Under the pieces are notes generated by a model. The model made no database searches. It worked only from the letters and a program-made list of their open reading frames with translations, and was not told the origin of the DNA. The position numbers were made by a program, and so were the translations under genes. 64,000 nt of DNA from Chrysomallon squamiferum (taxonomy: Eukaryota > Animalia > Mollusca), in the NCBI GenBank assembly GCA_012295275.1, contig CM022673.1, positions 21,142,001-21,206,000 on the forward strand. The letters run 5' to 3'. Of the stretch, positions 37,536 through 64,000 are shown in pieces. Position 1 is the first letter of the stretch. The number at the start of each line of letters is the position of its first letter.

Positions 37536-39085
37536 GTTAAAACAGGTGCATTACTGAGATAATACGTATTTATTTGTAAATTTGTCTATAGAGTTGTGAA
37601 ATATAAAGTTTCAAACGATTAGCAAAGGTCGAATTAAATTAAAAATCAAGTTAGCAAACTAAAGTTAGGCAGTTTATAAACTTTGCATTTATCATGAAAA
37701 AAAAAAATGTTTTTTGTTATTTCCGACATTTCTCATTAACTAACATTCCAGCCCACCGTGTAGGAAATTTATGTAACTGCATTAATGGTGTCAATTTATT
37801 ATCAGCCTCAAGTTATTTATCTCAAAACAAAAGCAACAACTGTATGTATCCACACTATTTAAAGCCTATGGCATCTTGATAACGTGACCCAGCAACTGTA
37901 TTTGACCCTTTTGGAAGTATTAGCATAAGGACGCCGTTTCTCTATAATTAACTTTTGTTTTGTCTGCTTGCTCATCCGGGTATTTGCTCTGCTCTAGTCA
38001 AGGTCAACCACCAGCAGCTGCTGAACTTGGTTGTGGTTTCGTTAATTAATCAAAAGTTGTCATCCATAGCGGACGGCCGTCACCGTTTATTTCCACTGAT
38101 CGTGGTTGTCCGACACATTTTTAATTGATTTAATGAAAATTGTAAACAGTTTTATTTACATGGAAAAAAAAGAAGAAAAAAGTAATAATTAAATAAAACA
38201 TTCAAATTTGCTATATTCAACTTTATAATTTAAAAAAAAAAAAAAAAAAAAAAATGTTTTTAAACTTAGCTTTTCGCAGCCGAAATAACTAATCGAAGAA
38301 AACAAACAGCATGGGCCAAATTTTGAACAAAAACTAAAATTAAGTTTGACATCACATTCACACTGACAATTTAGATAAAAAAAAAAATAAGCGTCTTAAG
38401 CACAGCTTATAAATGAAATAACCTGTGATATATTTAACATCTAGCATGTCTGCTTGTATCTGGGGCTTAATATCTACTACGACAGTAAAGTTCAAATATT
38501 CAGCGTAGTTGTGGAAGAAGTTATATTTAGCAACCAGCAACATTATAAAGTAACAAAGGAAATAAAACCTGATTTTCATTTAACTATGCAAGTCTCCACT
38601 GTATGAATGTTTAACGTTTGTGTACTGACTGATGATTTTACTTTAAATAAATAGTCAGATAAAACATGATGAGATGCTATTCCTGCATTTAAATAAATAA
38701 ACCAGCATTCACCTATGAATAGCAAACATTTTGTTATGTAAAATAAATACGGGACGCTTTTGTTTATGCCCGACTCTTGCATTTAATTTAACCTAAGTAT
38801 ATTACGCACCCTTGGCACGGGAACATTTTATAAATTACAATTTTAATTTTCTCTATAATTTATTTTTATCCCTTTTACTTTGCACTTGACCTTCGTAAGT
38901 CGAGACTAAGCAATCCAGGACAAGACATTAAGAAATGCAAATATATTAGTGATGTGTCCTTGAATTAAGCGTATTCAAAAAGAACATGCTAACCAAAATG
39001 CGCTGTAAATGCACGGGATTTTCCATTTAATGATGTTTTTAGAGTTGATACACAAAATACTAACCGAATAAAGATTTAAGAGACG

Positions 39086-39298
39086 TCACGACTTCTTGTT
39101 GGCTTCGTGTGATTTGTGTACGCTGTTGATAAGTTTCTGTGTTGTTTTGCGTGTATGGCCGTTCGGGTCTTCATAGTGGTTTTGTTCTACCTCTCTTTTC
39201 GACCGTCCTTTGCCGCTATGGCTGGCGTTTACATATCGATCTTGCTCGATGTTGTATCGTTCAAGACTGTCCATGTACTGTTCGTCTGCGGCGGACAT
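39086..39298 (-). CDS. NUPR1: Nuclear protein 1 (p8/NUPR1 family), 70 aa, single-exon CDS
   Basis: The ORF carries the p8-family signature: an acidic N-terminus with D..E.Y, then SGKGRSKRE and DPNGHTRK..QKL.NS, and a basic C-terminus. The ATG is in good context (CAAAATG). Confidence 0.9.
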   Translation of the reverse strand: MSAADEQYMDSLERYNIEQDRYVNASHSGKGRSKREVEQNHYEDPNGHTRKTTQKLINSVHKSHEANKKS

Positions 39299-39376
39299 TT
39301 TGCTGTTGAAATTTCAAGATCCTGTCAATTCTGCTGACACCAAAGAATGTTTCTTACGTGGACGAGAGTCTCGTGC

Positions 39377-39583
39377 TATTTGTATACAGTCTGCTCATGC
39401 TGTGATTTCATTGGTTAATTTTCTTGTGACCCGCAGGAACATCTAGCTGCGATTGGTCAAAGTTTACGTCATGATGTTTTGGTTGTCGCAGCTAGCCACG
39501 TGGTTCAATATAATAAACAGCTGTTATAGTCGCACTGATGTGGTTCAATATATCTAATTTCTTGTAAACAATGAATTGCATCA
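39377..39583 (-). promoter_or_regulatory. Putative NUPR1 proximal promoter
   Basis: On the - strand: TATA-like TACAAATA (39377-39384), CCAAT (39410-39414 and 39452-39456), TGACGTAA (39464-39471), CCACGTGG (39496-39503), forkhead TGTTTAC (39564-39570) and TGATGCAAT (39575-39583). Confidence 0.65.
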
Positions 39584-40486
39584 GCTTATAAAAGACAGCA
39601 TTAACACGTGTGTGAATGTTGACACTTTCACTGTTTTGTTATTGTATTAGGCTGTCAACACCGTTAGCGAAACCAGAGCACGATAACTTTTACATGCGAA
39701 GAAATCGGGTCAACGACAAGGTTATTACTTGTTTATTGTGACTGTTTATTTATCACATACAACTGATGACGCTTTATATCTGTGTTTTATTTAACTATTT
39801 TTCTCTTCTTCTTCTACGTTTTCTTTTTTCCCGATCACGATCACATTCCGATTATGAATTTACCAGTCCACTTACATACAGTAATTTAAAAAGAAGAAAG
39901 AAAATAATAAAATAAATAAATAAATGAAAGAAAGAAAGAAAGAAAAAATGGATAAGTAAAATAAAACTGAATGTCTTACGAGTCAAAAACAATTTGAATT
40001 AACAGCTAAAAGAGTATCAGGTAATTTAGGAGTGTTACAAAGTAGCAGTGCATAATAAAACAAGCGATTCTAGGTTTTGTATCAGTTTCACTGCCACAAT
40101 ATGAAATATGTGAGAGCTGAATGAGGTAAACATGTAAATAAATTTAGAGCATCTTCTTCAGTTTTTATAGATGGCAACTTTTCGCCATAATTAGATATAT
40201 ATTTGAAATCATGTTGATAACATATATAATATATATATATATATATATAGCAGTGGTAAATGCATTTAATTTATTACATATAAACATAATGTTTTTTGGG
40301 GGGGGGTTTTCCCCCTAGACTCCAAATTTAGCTAATAATAAAGCATGACAATAAAATAATCAGTCAAGGGAACGCACAGGACCTCGGGGGTTTTACCGTC
40401 ATTTAACTAAAATTAACATACTTAGTTTTCTACACAGTTTATCCGATAAGTTTGATTTTAAAAAATAAAAAATAAAGGACCAACTA

Positions 40487-40553
<67 letters not shown>

Positions 40554-40555
40554 TT
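40487..40555. repeat. Head-to-head (AAT)n(ATT)n palindromic microsatellite
   Basis: An (AAT)n run switches directly to (ATT)n at about 40528. Confidence 0.9.
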
Positions 40556-41509
40556 TACGCGGTCTATCCATTTAGCTTAATTAGTTTGTGCCGAGGCATC
40601 ATCATGTTTACGTCAGTTTTACAGTCGGTCGGGTTATCAACAAATCTGTTACACGCTCTGCGGGCAAAAGTGCAGTATCACAAAGAAAAACAGCAATGGC
40701 GGATTGGTACGTGTTTAGGTTGGGTTTTTTGTTGTTGTTGTTGTTGTTGTTTTTGTTCACGTTTTTTTTGTTTTTGGTGGGAGCGGGTATAGGTTCCAAA
40801 CGTTTTCTTTATTATTAGTATTATTATTTTAATTTTGCTTATTATTCGAGCGTGAACGGGACTGTCAGTTGCGGATAAAGTTTTATACGGATGATTTACT
40901 TAATTTATGCAGCTACTTTCTTCCGATTAAATAATTATCTCTGACAAAATATTAGGAAAAGAAGTAAAATTCAAAACTGTGATATGTATATATATTTATA
41001 CATGCAGAGACAGAGAGATAAACCCATAAGGAAAGGTAGAAATTGCTTCTTTTCTCACATGTTGTAAGCCTGATTTATGAGACATTTCTTGAGAATGAAT
41101 AACAACAAAATGGCTGCATCAGATTTATCACAAACGCAACTAGGCACTCTTGCATGTACACGTAGTTAGGGAAATTAGCGATACTATGATTGTAACATAA
41201 ATATCGTTTATCAAAACGTATTTGTTTTTTATTTTTATTTATTTTTAAATTATTATTTGCATTTTAAAAATGCATCTTTGTATAATGTCATCTCTTGGTT
41301 CATTATAAAGTGTTTTTAACTGGAGACGAAAACAATCTAATGAAGTTGATAATAAAAATATAATACATCTATATTCAAAATAAAATAAATAATAAAATAA
41401 ATCCTTATTCATAAAACCATAATAATAAAAACACAAATAATAAGAACAGTAATGATGATGATGATGATGATAAAGATATCTCGAAAAATCACTGTCGTTT
41501 TTACAAGTT

Positions 41510-41515
41510 TTTATT
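41510..41515 (-). terminator. Candidate SFRP polyadenylation signal
   Basis: AATAAA on the - strand about 1.6 kb after the stop codon. Other candidates exist in this AT-rich region. Confidence 0.35.
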
Positions 41516-42324
41516 CATATACATTAGCTTTAATACAATAGAAAAATAAATATTATATATTTTGGGCTTTGATCATATTATATGTACATGAATGAATGAA
41601 TCAATTTTTAATAACATAAAAGTTTGGTTTGTACATTTCTATGATTTATTGTTTAACGATTCCCTAAAATCGAAGCACTTTTCATTTCAAGCAGTTAAAG
41701 TTAATTCTGAAAATGTATATTTAGCATCTACATTGAAGCTTACTTATGACAAATATTAAAAGAGTACGAGATCCTAAAAATATATCTTAAATATATGCTT
41801 ATAAAGCAAATATCTGCTGCTGTTTTTTCTACCTTTCAAAATAAACACAGATACTTTTTTAGCTATATTGAAATCGACTGTAAATAATTATATTTAATAT
41901 ATTAGAAACTTAAGCCCAGTTCAGTCTCGCTTTTATTGTTGATGTGACTGTTGTTTTTGTTGTCGATGTAGAAATAGTTGTTGATAACAAACCGATACGT
42001 CATCAGGTCAGGTCATGTAACAACGCTGGGAACAGTCTAAGTAGGTCACTTGATGGACAGATATTTAAACAACGTGAACTAGTTTGGTTTATGTCTAAAC
42101 ATTTTGTTTCATCCGACTTTTAATAATAATATTAATTTTCTCTTCTTTTTTTTTTGTTCTTTTTTTTCATAAACGACATGAAAATTATTTTATCTGTCAT
42201 CAGATTGTAATGCAAAGTTTAATCAAGTTATAAACTAATTTATGCAACATTAATGCGTTTTACTGTTTTCATATGTAAAGTACCTTAACTCCAGCTGCTA
42301 AACGAAATGTTAATAATAATAATA

Positions 42325-42357
<33 letters not shown>

Positions 42358-43088
42358 ACAACAAAAACTAATGAATAATAATAATAATATTAAAATAGAA
42401 ACAAAAGGAAATTTACAAATATTTCTTTTATGTAATTATAAGAAATTAGAAAAGAAACAAACAAACAAAAAAGATGACTATGAAAGGGATGAAGGAAGAT
42501 ATTAAACTAAAATAAATAAAACAAAATGAAAAGAAAAAGAAGAAAAGAAAAATATTATTTTACGAAATACAGCTAGAAAAGGAGCTTTTTAAATCGCTAA
42601 TTACAGAAAAGGGACATAACTATGACATGACTATTATTGAAAAGACTGAATGAACATCATGTCATATCGAAGTGGAGATATTTTGGGTTCATTCATTACT
42701 GTTAGCAGTTTCGAAACAGCTTTTCAAAAACTTTTTCTTAAATCTTCGTTCATTTCTTCAACAAAACATCGTACCCCTATTTAGTTCACTGAAAAATGCA
42801 TATAAGTGAACGTAAGTTTACGAACCACAATATGTTACATGCACAACAAGCTTTGTTAAAAGATAAATAAAATTAACACAGGCTAATTAAATACAACACA
42901 GCTGTATGGAAAATCATGTTCAAAGGCATCGGTTTCAAAATGTCTGTAAGAAATGTAATTTTTTGTTTTCAAGCGAATATACTTTTGCATCAGTATTAAA
43001 TCGGTATACACAGTCTGAATTTGCTACAGCTGATGTTTTTAAAATCAGTATATGTAATGGTTTATTTATTTATATTTTCCCGCCGTGT

Positions 43089-58341
<15,253 letters not shown>

Positions 58342-58619
58342 TTTCTTTATCTTCTTCTTGAGACGCTTCCAACCACTGATAACGAAACAAAATATCTTAA
58401 TAAAAGTCCAGATGCAGTTACGATGGATATTCCTCAATCTCTTTCATTTTCTTTTTAAGTTTAAGTCAGTATTCCGTTAAAGTGTTTTTATTAGGTCCAT
58501 GTTCATTATTTATCAAAGTGAAAGTATAAAATAATTGTTTGAAAATGTAAGTAAACTGACACACGTAATGTTAATAGAGTTTCTGTAGCTTTTTTTGAAA
58601 AGTTTGCTGTAACTGTATC

Positions 58620-58930
58620 GCCACCCGTTCACCAAATCTACTGTCAAGTATAACTGCGACAAAAGACGTTTTAACAAGCGCGTTCAAATGGAAAATGTTG
58701 CCAGATCCGCCTGGTAGGGGGTGAAGAAGCTAGGACTCACAGAACCAGGGGCGGGACCTAGTGTACCGCGGGATCTTCCCCCATATGTGACCCCCCAATC
58801 AAAACTGAACAATTTTCCCATTGAGGTTTGCGCCAGTAACGTGATTCGAATGATTGACAGCGAATTTCATTCACGGATAGCGGGCGATTCACGAGCACAA
58901 TGGAAATTACGTCCCTCGTACAACACACTG
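58620..58930 (-). promoter_or_regulatory. Putative SFRP proximal promoter (GC/CpG-rich)
   Basis: GC/CpG-rich patch 0.3-0.6 kb upstream of the ATG, with a GC box GGGGCGGG (about 58747-58754) and TGATTGACAG (58851-58860). Confidence 0.5.
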
Positions 58931-59064
58931 ACATCTCGAGACAGAGAAATCCTAGATATTACTTAAAATGTATACTGACTTGCACATACACTCGTTCCGT
59001 TCTGCACAGTTCTTGTTAAATGCGTGTGTGTCCGTGAATGTGTATCTGTGTGTGTTTGTATGCA

Positions 59065-59183
<119 letters not shown>

Positions 59184-59399
59184 TTACGACTCAGAATTAT
59201 AAAAATGATTAATGCTACTGTGTCTGAAACCAGAGTGCATATAATAACTTTAGAAATAAAACTAGGATAGTTACGTAAGTAACTGATACAGGTGTAAAAC
59301 AGTACTTGTAACAGAGCAAGTAATCTTAGAAATTTCAGCGAGTGGACTATCTATCACACGTGTCAGAGCGCTGTCTTCAGGCGTAATTGTGTTTTTATG

Positions 59400-59610
59400 T
59401 TGGCAATTTCTCACTCCAACCAGTGCTCCAAGTCACCGTGATGTGAATATTCCTTATTTTTAACTGTAGCCCGTGCAGTGGTAGAAGCAGGTTTCTCATA
59501 TCATTATAAAATAAACTGAAATAAACATTTATCTAAAATTATTAAAGAGATAATATTAAAGAGTGTTGATGTGTCGTAATTTACTTAATTTATTAATTCA
59601 TTCATTCGGA
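59400..59610 (+). mobile_element. Decayed SINE fragment
   Basis: Shares CCAGTGCTCCA with about 17975 and a GTGTCGT(T/A)A tail followed by (ATTC)n with the 57.4-57.6 kb fragments. Confidence 0.35.
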
Positions 59611-61051
59611 ACGGTTATTTTAAAACTGTACTCAGTGCTCTAGTAAAGAAAAGAAAAACACTACATTTACAGAAGACGACGTATACATTCAGATTTTATT
59701 TCTTTCTTTATTTATTTATTTATTTGCATTTAAGAGTAAAATAGCAGAATACATTCTCCAATGAATACAACGATCTTCACCTTTTTAAAAAAAAAATCTT
59801 TCCTTCCTTTTAAAATCTTTTTCTCGTCGTCCTGAAATGAATTTGATTAAGAGATAAGTAAACAAGTCTTCGATCAAACACTTAAAGCATACTTTTAATT
59901 CCCAGCACACTCAGATAATAGTTTCTGGCGGCTTTTATCACAACAGGATCATCCGTCTCTATTCGCGAGATGCGAGGGGCCTTAAACGAGGGTCAGTCAA
60001 GAGAAGGTGACCATCGCTATCCTTTTCCCCTCCCCCCCCCCGTCTCAGGGTCACACAATACCCCTTCGACTATCTGTCTTCAAAGAAGCATCAAAGTTGA
60101 AGATGAGATTACAGTTCGTTGATATTGTGTGTGCTTCCACTTGTGAGAAAGTGCTTCTTTTCAAGTACGTGCACAGATCGCACTTTTTTCTCTCCCTTTC
60201 AACTTTCTTTGATGGAGGAATGTAAGAATTTCTGGGTTCTGTGGTCATCAATGGAAAAAAAAAGAAAAAAAGGAAGACGAGAAATGTCATTTAAAGGGCG
60301 TTTATTTTATTATTATTTCTATTGTTACATTCCTTACTTGTTTCTGTTGTTATCTGTTTGTTCTTTTTTCTTTTTTTTTTAATTATATTTTTATTGTTCT
60401 AACAGTAAATATGATTATTTGACGACTTGATTTAATTGTAATATTTAATAGTTATAACGGAAATTGTAATAAATTAGTTTTCAAGACAATCAAAATAATC
60501 TGAATACAATGGGTGCTGGTTTATATACAAGTAAGCCGAACAGTTGTAATTAAAATATAAAAGTTTCTGCTGAACAGCTGACCTCAAAGTGCACCTGCAG
60601 TTTGAGAACAAGAAAACTCAGTCTCTTGATTTTCATTCTTATTTTTAATTTAATTTAATTTAATTTAATTTTAATTTTTATTATATATTTTTGGTATTAT
60701 TTTTAAAAACATTTATATTTTTTAATACTTATTTATTATATTTATTTATTTGTCTAGAGATTTAATAATCGTTTTATTTCACGATGAGCTCCCTTTAAGA
60801 AACGTTGTAAAAAGGTTTTTATTCACTATTAATTATGAATATCGATAACAGACATTTAAACATAAAGTTTTTCACAGATATTCAAATTAGATTTTTTTAG
60901 CAGAGAAAATCTGGACATAAGAACTGGTATATTTAACTTTACACAAACGCGCCTACACGGATTCTGTGTGACACACTCAGAGAACATTCTTATATGTACT
61001 TTTAATCATAATTATGTAATAAAAATAAATAGTTGATCTGAAAATTATCCT

Positions 61052-61062
61052 TATTATTATCC

Positions 61063-61111
<49 letters not shown>

Positions 61112-61140
61112 TACTATTATTATTATTATTATTATTATTA
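61052..61140. repeat. (ATT)n microsatellite
   Basis: Directly visible. Confidence 0.9.
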
Positions 61141-63535
61141 AATGGATCGATCTCCAAAACTGACAAAGAATTTATCGCAGACGGATTTTTTTCTTCTTTC
61201 TACTTGGGATTCGACTTTTATTTTCCTCCACATTATTAAGCACCTCACAATTCTGTTAGGGTTAGGAGTGTTTTCAAAGTTAATTTGTCTGCTGTTGTCC
61301 ATCATTTTCCGCGCATTCACGGTCTCACACCAGTTTTCTGAAAGCACAACAAGTGACACTGTTAAATTTTTCCCAACAGTTGGAAATTAGTCCTCTTTGG
61401 ACACGGCCGCGTTATAAAAGAGAAACCGACTGTCAACAAAAATCTAAAAGATCAAATATCAAATCTTGCTTCTAATTTCAATTAAATAGCTTCTATTCTT
61501 TATACCCTACAACAAATCGGAATTCTGAGTGTATCCTGTTTCCCGCACGGACTGGGTAATTATCGGCGTTGTTTGAAAATCTGTTTACTAGTTTATCGAT
61601 GATAGACGACCTAATACGCGGACGTGTTAGCGGTAATTGGGTATGATGGTTGTAAGCAGCAATAGAAAAACGCTGTTAGTGTTTGCGTGCGAAAAGCACG
61701 GGGCAAAGATAGGCATTGAGCTAAGTGTTATGTGAGACAAGCGAGTTTCCTGATTGGCTGAGAACACACAGAAAATAATGATGATGCTGATCCATCGTAA
61801 CATCGTCTTGTGTGTTTGTCACTTGCTTGTTCGGGATTACGTTGCAGTTTTGAATACACGTCGTGTAATGTCGACAGTCACGACGGCCCCATGCTGTTCA
61901 GTTTGTACACAAAAACTCATTTTTCTTAATTGGAACCTTATTGCTCGTGAAGAGTAGGGCTTTTTTGCGGTTCTTTCGAGTGATTAAATAATGATCTGAG
62001 ACGAAGCAGAATTACACCATGCTTTAAGAATTCACGTCTTAACGCCGTCTAGTTAATTCACAAAAACTGACACGACTGAGGCTAATTTAAAATTACAGTA
62101 AAGATTAGGTTTAAGATATAAAATAACTCTACTCCCGGCACCATATTTAGAGAATGTGTGAAGAAGTTATACGTTTTCACTAATTAAAAATAACGAAATG
62201 AATACATACTTTAATGTTAATTGAATTTATGTATAGAACATATTATTTTTTTATTAATGATTATATTCCAGAGGAAACTTAAAACCGCAATTACATCAGT
62301 GTCTTTCGATGAAAGAGTATCCTACAGCGGCATATTATCTGTGCTAAAATTCGAGCTTGTAATAAAGCATGATAATGAGTCCTCTGATAAAATACTGTTC
62401 TATTATGAAGTTGTAATCGTGGATAAAACGGATTAATATGATGCAGTACATTTATAAAACAGATCAAACAAGAAATCTATACAAATGTAGTCTAATCTTT
62501 TAATAAAATGAATCAGAATTTGAATTTTAATATTGTTAAATCAGAAGAGATCATCTTTAATAAGTAGCATGCTGAATGTAATATGTATTTTCCATATTAC
62601 GTATTATTTATTTATTTATTTTAATTCAATATTATTTTATTTAATATCTCAGCTTATATATCTCAGATTATCTTTGTATGTCATTTCCAAAACTTCAAAT
62701 CTCATTTATGATCTGTTAATAAAAAAAAAAAAGAGAGAAGTAACAACAGAGCCTAGGGAGGTGGCCACGGCTAATAAAGCTGTTAGATTAATCGCGCCAT
62801 TTTTATTTCTTGTTAATTTTTATTTCATTATTATTATTATAATTATTATTTTCGCCGAAATTGTATACCACACCAACACGTGAACAGTTTGGGTGCCCGT
62901 GGATAAAAGTGGAGAAATGACAAGTTAAAATGAGACCACCTTAGAAGCCGAGAGATCCTTTCTGCGCCTTTTGTCCAGCTATCCTTTAATCTTGCAGCTC
63001 CGCGATAGAGAGGATGAGAATCCTGCCGCGATTTCGTCGCCTCGCCGTAATCCTTCTGCATCCTTTGTACGAATATAATAGAAACTTGTGAGCTGAAAGA
63101 AGCTAAATTTCTTGCTAATTTGTTATGAGAAGGCACTGATAATATGTGATAATCGGTTTACTATTTTTGTATGCTGTCTTTGTGTTTGTTCATGTTCGTT
63201 CAGTACGTTAGACTTTCGTCGATGGTTCTTTCTCGTTCAATAAGGCGGGTCGCACCGATCGAGGGAGGGATTGTCCCATGCTACAGTTAAACATGGCTGC
63301 GGTTGGTTGAACTGCTCGCTCCCTACGTCGTGTCACATAATGAGAAGTTAAAATACAAGTCATAACTGATTAGTCGTAATTCCACTTTAAATTATTTGCT
63401 GGTGACGGAGCAGTTATTGCAATGAAAGCAAACACATTTTCTCCTATACACACACTCTCATTCACAGCTAAGAATTCACATAAAGAAAGGCAGAAACTAC
63501 GAAATACAGGAGAAAGATAAAACCAAAAAAAAAAA

Positions 63536-63537
<2 letters not shown>

Positions 63538-63604
<67 letters not shown>
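63538..63604. repeat. (AAT)n microsatellite
   Basis: Directly visible. Confidence 0.9.
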
Positions 63605-64000
63605 TGACTTAATAACAAAGAATAAAGAAGAACAAAGACTCTGAATTAGTAATGGATCGACAACAAAATGAGCTCAGCACCAGAGAAACTATTATATAGA
63701 CCTGTAGCTTTATAAATAAACTTAGTTATCCTAATGGCTAATGCTAATAAAAGGTTCAGTCTGTTGCCCTATCTCCACCTTTCCCAAAAATAAAAATAAA
63801 TAAATAACCAACTAACAGCTGCACATTTGAAAGAGAATGTAACAAAACTAATGAAAGTAGATCCACAGTCATAAAATATAACAGGGATCATTTTATTGGA
63901 TACCTAATGAACGAGCTAGCTCCTTCAAATTCAAAGATGGCCTTCTATTTACAAAATGACCACCAAAAATCGTAAATTTATCTACATGTAATTTGTTGTT

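Noticed and set aside
62846-63136. 96-aa minus-strand ORF in a GC-rich patch
   Set aside because: No recognisable homology or splice signals; the open frame is explained by local GC content.

Overview
AT-rich, intron-containing animal DNA. It is most consistent with a lophotrochozoan, probably a gastropod mollusc (inferred from gene content and repeat style). Splice-aware reading gives five protein-coding genes with intact frames across GT-AG junctions: the 3' part of ELP2 (+, 413-3421), a complete DRAK/STK17-type Ser/Thr kinase (-, 11145-31560), an F-type lectin + PAN/apple gene (+, 34892-36291), a NUPR1/p8 gene with a single-exon CDS (-, 39086-39298) and an SFRP3/4 (FRZB-like) Wnt antagonist (-, 43089-58341). 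The rest is introns, UTRs, microsatellites, minisatellites, and MITE- or SINE-like remnants. Most short ORFs in the track are repeat artefacts. I see no convincing new multi-gene system. The best leads are: a U12-type last intron in ELP2; a DLG-for-DFG change and a DSGFCS degron in the kinase; an ATF4/C-EBP stress-element cluster in the NUPR1 promoter; a very basic SFRP tail whose last splice donor overlaps a stop codon; and a sharp CpG-depletion boundary near 31.7 kb.
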